A DNA stretch of 64,000 nucleotides, taken from Moniliella sp. 'wahieum' (lineage: Eukaryota). Both the position numbers and the translations under genes were made by a program. The notes below the pieces were generated by a model that was not told the DNA's origin, ran no database searches, and saw nothing but the letters and a program-made list of their open reading frames with translations. Every line of letters begins with the position of its first letter. Position 1 is the first letter of the stretch. The DNA is taken from contig RSEE01000019.1 in assembly GCA_003971905.1 (NCBI GenBank), positions 186,001 to 250,000 of the forward strand, written 5' to 3'. Positions 1-12,282 of this stretch are shown piece after piece.

Positions 1-347
1 GTTTTGCTTTGCTTTTTTCATTCGCCTAACCTTCTTCACCTTATTCACCCCGCCTACTCAGTATATCATGTCGCCATGATGCATGACGACAGCTGTTGCA
101 AATGGTTAGGCTGACGTAAATGGTCCGTGCTTCCTCCAGGCCGTCGAGCCTCACGCCGGCCTCACGCCGGTCTCACGCTCACGCCTCACGCGCCATCGTC
201 GACCCCAAATCGCAATCTGCAGTCCCTAGTCACTATCACTAGTCCATCACTAGCCACCTTACTCAGTACACAGACACTGCCCCAACACACCCCTGATGAC
301 CGATGACCACCCCAGTAGAATTCTTCTACCAAATTGGACGCGGGCCC

Positions 348-1255
348 TCACGAGCTTGTTCGTGGCTTGCGGAAAACGACAGTCGACGTCGCCGAGCCCG
401 ACTTTCCTCCCTGCCAATGGAAAACACCAAGGTAGTCAGCACCTACTTTCCCAATCCAGGTCCACACCCTTAGCCCGACATGCCCAAGCATCACGTACAC
501 AACGAAACGTTGGTGCTGGCACGACTGTCCCACGCACTCCAAGCCCGCCGGGGAGGAGGTGAAGCGAGCGCGGAGCTCGGGGGCGGTAAAGTTGCAAAGC
601 ATCAATACCAGCAGTCCCTCGTCGGCCAACAGGGTGGGTACCAGCTGCTCGTACCGCTGCACGGGCGTTTGGCCGTCGGCATTGGCCTGGGACTAGAGCG
701 CGATGGCATCGTGGTGCCCTTGTCCAGACCAGGTCCCCATCCTTCGTCTGGCTTGGCAGGATTGGCTTGGCCCCGCAGCGCCGTGATTGACGCCGTATCA
801 AGCACGTCGGCGGTGGCAACCGGACTTGCTGCTCGGCCACGCCTCGCTTTTTCCGCCACGGCACGGGCGAGGGTGACCTGTCCTGGCAATAGTCCACCCA
901 ACATCCGGGTTGGCGATGGGGCGTGCTCGGTCTCGGCCTGGACCAGGCCAAAGAGAACATTGCCGTTGCCCGTACCTAGGTCCAGAATGCTGAGCTGGTC
1001 AGGGGCACGGGCAAAGGATGAACCTTGGTATCCCCCCGTCGTCGTGTCATCCCTCCTCGTCCTCGTCCTCGTCCTCGTCGATATTGGCAGCGCGCTCAAC
1101 AACCTACCCCAGCCGGTCGACCGCCTCGTCGCCAAACCACACTTCGCCTCGTCACCATGATCAAAGAAGTTGGCCGTTTCGCGCGCATAGACGCTGTCCC
1201 AGTGGGCCTTGGTGCCGAGACGCGATTCGGGGAGTGGGCTGCCGGGCCGCGACAT
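348..1255 (-). CDS. EFM4: Protein-lysine N-methyltransferase EFM4/SEE1 (METTL10 family), frameshifted in this assembly
   Basis: N-terminal SRLGTKAHWDSVYARE..NF.DHGDE; SAM motif ILDLGTGNG; DKGT; LCNFT..EL; C-terminal GGKSGSATSTVVF. Spread over ORFs 602..1336 and 348..662. ATG at 1255. Confidence 0.85.
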
Positions 1256-2455
1256 TAGAGGGCGAGAGACGGACGCACAAGAAAAAAAGAAAAATGCGGC
1301 ACATGATACGCCAAAAATGAAATGCCGACTCGCCATGCCTTCAGCGACGGAATGTGCTGGATCTGATGTGCGGCTTACGTCAGCTATTCCTGCTTCCTTG
1401 CTCCAACAGTTCGGGCGCGCTTTGGAGGAAGTACTGAAAAGATGCTATCAGGTAGGGCCCTGTACACAAGAAGAAAAGAAGGCGGAAAACCCGCTCCCTT
1501 TCTGCCCTCCCTCAAACTCCCCCTCCCTACCTGCACCACGAATACCAACCAGCATCAACACCATCGCCAAATCCACCCTCACGGTCAGAGGTCACCTCCA
1601 CGGTTCACAAACTATATAATGGGCCCTTACTATATTGATGCTCATGCTGCCACGGTGTCATCTCCATCATCTACCGTTCCTCTTTCCTTTCCGCCCTAAG
1701 CCCGACCCCAGGTCACAACAACAACCCCTCTGGCTCTTGACACTCTATGAGATTAATATATCGATTAATAGGACACAGACTTTATTGAGTTTGACATTTG
1801 ATGGCTTCTTTTTCCTGGCCATCTCACACGCGAAAATGCGCAACGCCAAGTCTTCTAATATGCATTTTTGCGAAGAAGAGGCTACTGTACTCCTTGCTAT
1901 AACACACCCCCAGAGGATGACGGTGAAAGATCCAGAGAGATTTCCGATAGAGTCTGGCAAAAGGAGGAGATGATAAATCTATTTCAAACGGAGGGCAGGA
2001 ACAGACACGCAGAAATCGAAGGCGGGCCTACAAACAGGTATACGAGAAGATCCACAAGTATAATAGTATACGCTGTTGGCGGTTTCCAGAAACATGACTC
2101 GATATGTATCGATGCAATACAAGAAGAAAAATAAGCCAGAGATCAAAGGTCATACTTGCCAGCAGTGGCCAACAGCAAGAGTGGGAATCAAATCAAGGGG
2201 GCGTATTATATTGAAACCAGAAACTCCCCCCTTTCTGGCTCTATCAAGAAAGGCGTACAGGGCGAGTGTGGAAGAGCGGCCCACTTGGGAGAGTGCACCA
2301 CACACGGAAGATCGAGGCTTGGTGTCAATCTTCTCGTCCCTGCTAGTGCTCCCTTCTCGTTTCTCCCCAGGAGTCTGTGGGGCACGATGACATTGAAGAT
2401 GGATCCGAGGAGTTGAAAAACGTCGGTATATATGAACTCTCACCCTATACATTAA

Positions 2456-2908
2456 GTGCGTGTGACTGGTCTTCCAACTTATTGTGTTGAGGTGAATCTT
2501 CGCCGAGCGAGACTGCAAGCCACTCCATCCTCCTCGGATGTGGAGATGGAAATTGTAACAATCGAAAATGGGATGTCGCCGAGCTTTTATGTTACCGATG
2601 CGTCGATGGATGCAGAAGAACTGAAAAACAATGGTTCACTCGTGAGCGCAGCATGCAGTACCGACACCCGTGGGTGCCAAAAAATCACTTTGGGTGGGGG
2701 GGATTACGTGTTGCACAACGATTCTGACGGGTACAATCTGATGGTTGGAGCGCCACCGTACGTGGTCCTCTCGGTGCCTTCTCTTAAACCAATGAACCAA
2801 TTCGTCCACCAGCACTGTGACGGTACACCACTGACCGAGCTCTCCTCGGCATTTGTCGGCATCAGACCCACTTGGTCACCGTTTGTCACCAATTGGACTG
2901 GTCCCTGA
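2456..2908 (+). CDS. Hypothetical protein or gene fragment
   Basis: 150-aa ORF with globular-looking composition; no motif recognised. Confidence 0.25.
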   Translation: MRVTGLPTYCVEVNLRRARLQATPSSSDVEMEIVTIENGMSPSFYVTDASMDAEELKNNGSLVSAACSTDTRGCQKITLGGGDYVLHNDSDGYNLMVGAPPYVVLSVPSLKPMNQFVHQHCDGTPLTELSSAFVGIRPTWSPFVTNWTGP

Positions 2909-5403
2909 TTTGTTCTGAACCCTGTTTTCCCCCTTTGACTATGCTCCCTTTCTTCCTACGTGTGACTCACTCGCAAGGTCTCTTCTTCTCCGAGGCATAT
3001 ATACTTCGCCCTCTTTCCACTCGATGAATATGATCCTCATCCTTTCCCCCATCTCCATCTCCTCTATTAGCATTTATTTTTCTCCATCGGACCGGGAGAG
3101 GAGACATGTACCAGTCCTGTGGCTATAGTTGAACAGGCAAAGATTTTGGGTCTGTTGGGACCGTGGAAGTGCGCACCAGAGTAGTACAAGTAGATAAGGC
3201 TACTCCCCTCGTACATGCCTGCCTTCCATGGTTGTTTTTATGCGCAAAGAAAGTCTGGCACCAAAAAAAGAAGTTTAGGGCAGGCTCAATAGGGGCGGGG
3301 GGAGCAAGCCGAGTGTGATGCAGAGCGACTCACACAGGCGTATGGATACCACAAAAGTTCTCAAAATCATTGTCGCTGGAGACAATTGCTGCTTGGGCAG
3401 AGGGTGTCTAGGTGACGCGACGCAGACACGCCTTTCATCGTTAAGGTCCAATGTGATCCCCTGCCCCATTCACCAGAAATAGCGACAATACCAGTGACGA
3501 ACATAGAGGGGGCATGCTGATTGTGTGGACTTGTGCTTGGACGGCTGGATTGCAGCTCGGTAAACGTCAAACTGTATAGAGGGGCCACTGAGTCCGAGGG
3601 GCTTGTCGGAGGTTTACCAACAGGTATTGCTGCATACTAAGCCAGAAGCTGAACCACCTTTTGCAAGGCTGGTGGAAACGTTATCGCCTGTGTTTTTGTC
3701 ACGCATGCGAGTATAACGTCTTTTCGGCATCATCAATCATTGCCGATATTCACTTCGTCGACAGAGAGAAGAGACTAGAAGGGAAACTGACCGCAAATAG
3801 GTCCCACAAAAGGCGGTACTTTCCTCTGAGCTGGGAAAGAATAAGAGGGAGTGTCTACGTTGAGCATTATGGTCCTCGATCATAACTAGAGCCAACGCAG
3901 GAATACCTGCCACGGATGAGACGGCGTGTGGGCGAGACACGCGGATGCCCCATACACACTCTCCCCTTGTCTCCGTTTCATTTCAACTATATATACCCCC
4001 AGACGGGACTGACTCGCCGCCTTAGTTGACCAACCCAACTATTCTTGGTTATAGCGTCTATAAAAACCGAGTGTGTTTCTTTGAATTTGAGCTATGCTAC
4101 CTACTAGCTGTATAGATTAAGTCCCTCTTTCGTATGACCTACTAAGGTAGTCCGTGCCCTTTCCTGTTTGTACCTCTCTTTCTTGCTTTTATTCTGCTTC
4201 GAATCATTTGTACTTTTCAACCTAAGTTTGTACGTTAATGAGCTCTGAGAGTTGTTAAGCCTCTCCTGATCTGTATGCATGCGTCCCCGGCGTTTATTAT
4301 ATGTTGGGAAGCTCTCCCCTCAGTGCATTTTTCTAGTTCTTGGATGAGAAAGGCCGGAGAAAGCCCACCTTCTTTGGGATCGTTCTTCCTTCTGGGCTCT
4401 TTTGTTCTTTGCTGAGAGAATGGGGCGTTTTCCCTTCTAGGATCTGTCCCCTTTTCCTGAGGACTGCAACCCTCATCGTTTTCTTTTTGCTTCCGTTTGC
4501 ACTATATCTATTCTTTTTCCTTTATAGTTCCTCTCTGCTGCCTACACCTACATGATCTCTGATCAGTCTCTTTTTCCCCCCATATCATAGGAGTTCAACT
4601 TTTCTCTTCATCCTACCAGTTGTCCTAGACCAGCTTCAACAGCAATACGCGGTTCTTGATCTTCCAGTACATGCCGAGTACATGCTTTCTCCATCCAGCA
4701 TCCAGTGCCGTTGAAGTCCACAGCATCCAGTCTGTTCTTCCCTCCGGATCCCCCACTGCGAACCTCTGAGAGTCGAGTTGTTCCATATAGCGACTCCATA
4801 CAGGGAGTCACTGGCTATAGCAGTCAGCCCATGACATGTAACCTCCTTACAGCACACTTCAACAGTGAAGTGTGTGTTTGAAGACAAAGAAAAAGGCCCT
4901 CAAGCACAAAGCCGGGCCCTCCTTCATCCGCATTGATTTCCAGTGTTTGTCCGCCGCTGCCTCCTCCCGTCCCTAAGCCCCGGAGGATTGAGATTCAGAC
5001 ACGTTACTACGGCCTAAGCCGGTGCAGACGCAGCCTTGCCACACGTGCAGCCGCCCACTAAAGGCCTCGCCTCGTCCCTCTAGCTTCGCTCGGATTCACC
5101 AACTAGCCCAAGCCCGAAACTACCTTGAGTCGTCCTTCCGTCTCCTAAGGGATGATACCCCACCGAACCTGGGTGAGCCCCTGGGGCGCCCGCCGTGACT
5201 GATACATCATATATGCGAAGAGGAGAGGAAACACATCATGACGATGAAGACATGTTGTGACACACAATGGATTTGTTTCCTACAAAAGGCCTTCAGCCGA
5301 GAGAGGCCCACGGGGGAGTTGAGCCATAGTAGGTGCAGCTCGTGCACGCTCCATGACATGCATGGCATCCCCTTCCCACACTTGTGGGATGTTGTTTCAA
5401 GAA

Positions 5404-5484
5404 GGCCTCTTGGCGCAGCGGTAGCGCGTGAGATTCCAGCTCTTGGTATCCTCAAGGTCATCCGTTCAAATCGGGTAGGGGTCA
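5404..5484 (+). tRNA. tRNA-Trp(CCA) with a short intron
   Basis: Acceptor stem GGCCTCT/AGGGGTC+A; D arm GCGC-AGCGGTA-GCGC; TT-CCA-G followed by a ~9-nt intron; T loop GTTCAAATC; T-run downstream. Confidence 0.9.
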
Positions 5485-5828
5485 AGTTTCATTTTTGAGA
5501 TTCCCGCTTTTTTATCCTTTCGCAGGCATGTGCCAATTTGTTCGTATGGACAGCAATCATTCATCACCCCCCCTCCCCCGCTGTGCATTTCCAAACTCGA
5601 GCGTACTCAGCCTACCATATCCCCCCGTCCAACGGCCGTCGCCTTCACCATCTCATATAATACAGAGCAGGCTGATATTATGTTGCATTGCATCACGACG
5701 ACGTCAGTCGACATAGAGAAGGATAGACACATGAAACAAGAGTAAAAAAAGGATTATGATGATTCGAGAGAGCAGAGGGGAAAGTGGACGCTACCAAGGT
5801 TAACCGTACTTGTGTTGAACCGTGGTGG

Positions 5829-7396
5829 TCACACTAACCCCATACACTTCGTTTTGGGACGCAGGAGCTTCTGTGGGGGGATAGTCCAGCCCCATCGACG
5901 TGCGGGTCGCTTCAGGACCGGAAACCCCTTCCGCCTCAAGGGGCGAGGGTCCATTTTAAGTTCCTCAAACGAGTCGGGGCCCTTGAGAAGGGTTGGTGGC
6001 CCATTTCCAAAGGCGGAGAGCGCGGGATCTGGCGCCACGTCCGTGGCCACCGTTGGTCTGGGAGGAAAGTAGTGTTCTTCCGTGGTTCCCGTTGGGGAAC
6101 GAGCCGAACGTTCCATCCTTGCTAGGTGTAGGGGAGGTAGCTCGGGCTTCGAGATGCAGGTACGGAAGCCGATTGCGGGCCCATCGACCGTTTGTCACCA
6201 CTACCTGTTGAACCCTCCTTGACACCATCGGACGATCGACCGAACGAATGACTGTTGGGAGTTTCCATTGGCAACAGTCCGGCACGGGGATGGCGGCCTG
6301 CGCGCTTCAGTGAAGTGACGCAGCGTGGACTGTTGTGGTAATAGAGCGTGTGAGTAGATAAGTTCCGGCCACGTCGGGAGGAGAGGGGATCGGATGTGGC
6401 AGTAAAACATACCAATGACAAATCCAAGGAATGAGTGGATGCAGAGAATGAGGGTTGCCCTGAGAGCATTGTAGTTGTGCACGGGACCAGAGAGATAGAA
6501 GGACGCCCAGATGATGGCAAACAGTTCAATCGTCGCCGCAACAGTGCGTACCTGACCACATCGGTAAGGAAACGACGCGTGATGAAGCTCAAGCGGCCCA
6601 AGCTGCGAAGGGTGCTCTGTTGCTGTCCCCAGTCGTTATTGGGGGGTTCTCCTTCCCTGGATCGATGGAATCGATTGCGCACGATCTGGGGCATGTGGGA
6701 CCGATGCTTGGACGGAGCAACAGCTTGGAACGTGATGGTCACAACCGACAAATCGAGGACCAAGCACACGGCGTAAATGGCGACGGGCAACTGTTTTGTA
6801 CTTGCGGTTGGCCACACACAAATCCAATCTTCAGGTTGGGTACCGGCTGGGGCAGGGTTTCCAAATGAGTCGACCCGATAAACCACATCCACAATCCCAA
6901 CACGATCGTATTACCGCACCACAACAAATAAATGATGATTTTCTTCTTGCCACCGTTAACTGCTGCCGCTCGCAACGTGAGCAAGCACTGGCAAATGACG
7001 TTTCCTAGCGCAACACATGCGACATAGGCCCTGGCCGTTGCCGTGCAATTGTTGGTCCGCCGTCCGAAGGAATCGTGAGAGCGCAACACGGGATGGTAAG
7101 GAGCGCGCAATCAGGAGTCCAATTGCAGGGAAGTGCGGCCACGCCCTCTTCTCTCTTGCTCGTTGCCACCAGTGCTGTTCTCCTCGGTTGGTGGTTCCAA
7201 GAACGACAAGGGGAGGGGGAAGGATAGACCGTCGGAATTCGGGGTAAAGTACGTACTTGATGTCGGCGGGAAGCTGGGTCAGCAGCTCCCACACCAGGAC
7301 ACCAGTCATGACCAAAGACATCCACAGCAGTACACCTGCATCATATGTCAACTCGTCCACCTGGGCCGGGGTGGGAGTCGGGATGGAGGTGGACAT
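5829..7396 (-). CDS. Multi-pass membrane protein, DUF6533-like N-terminus (frameshifted)
   Basis: MSTSIPTP..LTYDAGVLLWMSLVMTGVLVWELLTQLPADIKYV resembles the basidiomycete 'xWDxLLTLxxEVxxIW' pattern. Further hydrophobic segments lie in ORFs 6739..7110 and 6122..6892. Confidence 0.55.
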
Positions 7397-8145
7397 AACG
7401 ACGATGCGATAAGGGGAAAATGATAGAAAAGAGGCGACGAGGAGAGCACACACTCGGTGGGGAGGCAGAGAAGTTAATGAGGGGGAGTGTGTAGGAGAGG
7501 TCAACAGACGCTGCCTGCAGCGAAAGAGGTGGACCAGAGGAGATGTGGCAGAGAAAGAAAAAGTGAATGGGTCGGAAGAAGAAGCTTGCTAGGCAGAGGT
7601 GCAAGTCCTATTAAAGGGTGTGGGGCGGAAGGGATGTGGGGAATGAAATGATTAATGAGAGCAACAGTTGTGGGACTGAGCTTGCGTGTGCCTGAGGTCA
7701 GGCGGTCACACTTGGAGCTTGAAGCTTGACGTAGGTTGGGCTGGACGATGGGAATACGCCGAGCTAGGAACTGCCCACAAAGTTCGCTGTCTCTCACCGC
7801 TTTTTGCTGGCTGCGACGGTTGCCCAACACACCCGCATATGGGGACACATGATGGACAGGTGAGGCGGGACGTGAAGGGTGAGGGGGGCGGGCGGTAGGC
7901 ATCTGGATGCAGCCGTATACATAGGATGGCAGGGCAGGGCACAGCATGCTGTAATAGAACGCGGCGGAGCCCCATGGTGGCAAATGTTGCGAACGTGCGA
8001 TGCTGAGCGGCTGAGCCAGGCAGAGCCGGACCCCATCGGCGCCCACCGACGTGCGGGGCAGAGGGCTGGACAGGGCAGAGGCGGTGGGCTTGGCTGGGAC
8101 ACTGGGAACATGCCACGTCGTACTGAGGCGGCCTGTGAGGCTTCC

Positions 8146-8285
8146 AGCTTCAAGCTTCAAGCTTATTCACTTCACCACTAGTCACCTAGCCACCTCAGCC
8201 TGAGGCCCGAGGCCTGAATCTTGAAGCTCTGAAGGATCTGAGACACGGTGCCTGAAACTTTTAATAGTCACTAGTCACTAGTCAC
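8146..8285. repeat. Cluster of period-7 palindromic micro-repeats (AAGCTTC)n, (AGGCCTG)n, (ACTAGTC)n
   Basis: agcttcaagcttcaagctt at 8146-8164; tagtcactagtcactagtcac at 8265-8285. Confidence 0.8.
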
Positions 8286-11200
8286 CGAGCGGGATGGTCA
8301 ATGGTTAATGGGATGGGACATGGCAGGTGATCGATGAGATCAGATCTGAGATGGCTACGCGTGGGGCATGGGAGTGGTGTTGCGCTGATGTGGGGACCAA
8401 CCGTCAGGAACAAGCAACTCATAATGCGTCACACACCCCGCAACCGTCGGGTCGGGTGCATGTGGCAGCAACGCCACACGTCACCGCGTCACCGTCACCC
8501 ACATTGATTTTGTTCCGGTTGGGTGTATTTGCAACCAATCAATTTAGTTCATTGAACACTGGTTCCGGCGATGTGTCCGATGAGGCCTGAGGCTCAGGGT
8601 CGAGCTGGTCGATGGCCGATGGTCTATGCACGTCTATGGTCGATTGTTGCGAGTTATAGTAGGCGATGGTACTGGGGGAGGACGAGTTGGCCATTGGATT
8701 GGCCACCCGATCAGTCGGTTGTTTTCCCAGTTTAATTGCAAGCGGGGATACCGGTTAACCGGTTACCGCCTGTAAGGGTTAGGGTTAACTTTATCGGTTT
8801 TACCCTCTGTTATATACCCGCAGTCATCGATCATCTTGAGCCTGCGTGGGTCTGGTTACACTACCGTAACCAACATTATCTGTACCAGCTGACAGATACG
8901 TGGTGTGTAGCATGCTTCCTGGGCGATTCCCTGCAGCCTGATCGAGGCCTGGCGGAGGCGCCTGGGTCTGATTGGTGTTGTTCCGCACTTGCTAGTTGCC
9001 CCACTTCAAGCTTTTGACGCATGAGCTGCATGTGTTGCATAAGAAGATTGAGAAGCTGTGGGGCGGATGCGCCGCGTACGACGTGGAACGCATATTACTA
9101 GCAAAACACTCTCCTGGGCAGTGCCGTGAGCATCGAACCAGACGATAAGACGGTGTTAAACGTTAACATGTTAATCAGTAATGCCTAAGATCCTAAAGAA
9201 GGGGAAGACAGTGTTTTGCTATATACATAGTGGGAGAACAACGGCGGCCGGGTAGCTACTGAGTGGGGCGAAGAGCAAAACCGCAATGTTAATCGCGATA
9301 CACGGGGGAGGATATGAAAGAGAGAGAATGATTAATGACAACTAAGATGAGGGGAGTGTTGGAGGCTGCGTACGCATGCGGGCTGCCCGCACCAACGTCC
9401 CAACAAAACGCGTAGGACCCTGGGTCCCTGGAGGCTTAAAGCTTAAAAAGCTTTTGCAGCATTGGCTTCGATCTTATGTAAACGTTAAACCTACTTTTGG
9501 ATCTTTTTTTAGCAAGTTAAGCCGGTTAAAACCCCCATTTGAAGTTCAATTTAAAGCCACATTTTTAAAGCGTTTTGGAGCTTGTGCGATTCGAATGCCC
9601 AAGCTTTTGATTCGAATATGAAAGCGTTAAGCTTGAAGCTTATAGCTTGAAGCTGTTGGTACAAGAGTAAAAGAGAACAGAGGATGAAAAGTGATGAACC
9701 GAAGAACGATAAACTATCGATGAACTCGATGAACGTACAGGCGTTGACGTTGAGACCAGAGATCTCAGATCTCATGCACATGCAGCATCATGCACATCAT
9801 GAGAGTTGCGGTGCAATAGATACCAAGTGTACAAAAGTGGCGGGGTTTACGTGCGGAGCGATCGAGATGAGCGAGGACGAGGAGTCGGTCACCGGAGAAC
9901 GCTCCCTACCTGGTTTGGTCCGATAACACCGGCATAGCTATGAGCTTCCTATGGGTTGAAGACATGTGCATAGGGAGGGAAGGTAATTAGGAAACAGTCA
10001 ATGATAGTGTTTCTCTTGTAAACTCATTCCTATAATAGTGGTGAGTAAATAGCATGGAGAGAAATAAGGAAAAAGGAGGGGGAGACTGTGGCGCCACACT
10101 GGTGTATAGTGAGTGGTGCGTGGGTAGTCCAAGATCGGGCCCTTCCCGTTCATTCCTTCCAATATTCCTTCTTGGAGAGGGTGTCATAGCTTGTTGGCTG
10201 ATCTCGCTCCCATTTCCAATTTCTTCGTCCTGAGCGTCTCGCCCTTTCCCTGTTTCTTCCACTTCGCACCATGTCCTCTGCTCTTGCTTTTTCTCCACGA
10301 ACGATTGTTGCTAAGTATAAATAACCCTTGGCCTAGTGCCTTAGCCCGTCCTGTGACAGAGGGCAGGAATTTTCTCGAGTAGCTCATGTGCAATGCAATA
10401 TACATGACACACCCCGTCAATTGACTCCTCTCTTTGGTCTTAATTCTATTGCAGGAACCAAACGCGATGAAAGTATCTGGATTCGGAGAGCGCGAGTCGC
10501 CGAGAAGAATTACTGTATAAGTGTTGACCGCCAGTGGATCAAAGCCTCTCCGCTTTCAGTGAAGATACGTGCCCCCCCGAAACACACCAGTGCATCTTCG
10601 AGGTAGGGCGTCCCGGACCATCCAGGCTTCCACTGGCTTCCGGGCCCGGAACCCATCAAGACCCAGAGGTCAAGCTCTCTTAGCTCTGAAATACTGTCTC
10701 AATTTCCCAACACCAGCATCGCTAGCTATATAGGCCCGTGACACTAAGAAGTTCCTCTTAGGTCTTATTACCGGTTCCCCGCAGCGACTCGGCCGATAAT
10801 TGATGAAACGGTGGTATAATGGCAAGAAGCTTGGGAACTGGAAGGATTTGACTACTGACTCTCAATGGAGACGGTTCACAGTTCGGATGCCTACCACGTT
10901 CATCACGTTCATCCGTATCCACACACGCTTCTTCAGGTACGGGGAACGGATGGTGGCTGGCACCAGAGGGTCCTGATCTCCTGTGGCGATTCCCCTTGTT
11001 TGTTAAGCGGGGTTGGTGCTAACAAGCAGCACAAGCCAGATGAACGGGTCGGTTTAGGCGCAGCGTTTCTCTTTGTCCCAGCCTTCAAGCTCTGTCAATG
11101 ATATTGTTGCAGTATAATGAGCGAAAGCTGGCACGCAACAGAGAGGAAATACAAATTGGAGCGGGGCCTTTTGTCACATGGTCACATGACATATTGCCAC

Positions 11201-12282
11201 ATACCACATGCATCATATGCATCATCACATGTCACAGTCGCAGGGACAATAGGGTGCCACCTGGGTATAACCTGCTCTGACGTGCTATAACGCGTAACGC
11301 GTTACGTCCTATATATAGATGCTGTTGATGGGTTGGGTGTTGGACATACGACTTTTTGGATGTTGGAGCTTTTGAGCAGCTGGAGCGTTTCAGCGGTGGG
11401 ACCCTTCCAATCTTTTGAAGGGAACCTTCCTAAAAAATCCGTTGCAGTCAGCATCTGACAAGTCAGTTTCAAGCTTCAATGGTGTTTTTGCAATAACGCT
11501 GAGAGTTGATAGGCGAGAGTCCGGAGAGTCCGGCGAGTCCGGCGAGTCCATTGTCCTTTTTTTCTCTCTTTTTCGCTCTTTGAACCTGAGTACATGATGC
11601 ATGGGAATGGAGATACTCCAGAGACAGTTTTGCAGAGAGGAGAGACGAGTTCTTTTTGGAGCGGAAACGGAAAGATTGTTAGTGGGGAGAAGAAGGAAGG
11701 AGGATGAGTACTGAGTGGGCGAGCCTTTTTGCCACAGGGAACAGAAAAGAAAGCGTGTGGAGGGAGAGGTGGGCGGAGGATGAACCCACACAGAAGTGTG
11801 GGCCCTCTCTCTCATAATATTTTTTACAGCACATGTTACTTACAGAAGTTAGGATATATTGCGCGGTGAGCAACTGGCCGCAGCCAGATGGTCCTTACTG
11901 AAAGAGCGAGGGTGCTGATCAGGGGGACGGAGGTGCGAACGAGAAGTATCGAAGAGGGGAAGCGGCGTTGGTCACGGACTAGAGAGAAGGGAGAAGGCAC
12001 ACGCGCGCGGAAGGCAATGTTACCGCCATGCCAGCGTCGCAGACGGTCTGTCTGTCTCGGGAAGCCATCATCAGCTCCACGCCGCAACCTTTATATTTGG
12101 CTGAAATTTGAAAGAATGCTATCCGATCCATCGGCCATTGTGCACTCGGGCACAGGGGCGGAATGCAACAGGGAAACGGAAAAAAAATAAAAATGAAATC
12201 CCTGCCTCCGTCTCCAACCGTCGGCGCGTCGCGTTGGGGCGCCCGAGTGCGGACACCATTGTCCCTCCACCAGCAGCAGCCG

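Noticed and set aside
4890..5210. GC-rich segment near tRNA-Trp ending in a hairpin and T-run on the minus strand, with CGGGGCTTAG reminiscent of RNase MRP CR-V
   Set aside because: No matching CR-I (GAAAGTCCCC) or SRP/RNase P consensus found by eye; needs an Infernal/Rfam search.
8265..8285. CACTAG repeats as CACTA transposon termini
   Set aside because: No paired TIRs, TSD or transposase; better explained as one member of the wider heptad family.
8772..8790. TAAGGGTTAGGGTTAA telomere-like sequence
   Set aside because: Only about two units; too short to call an interstitial telomere.
11516..11549. (GAGTCCGGC)x~4 tandem repeat
   Set aside because: Ordinary short minisatellite with no supporting context.
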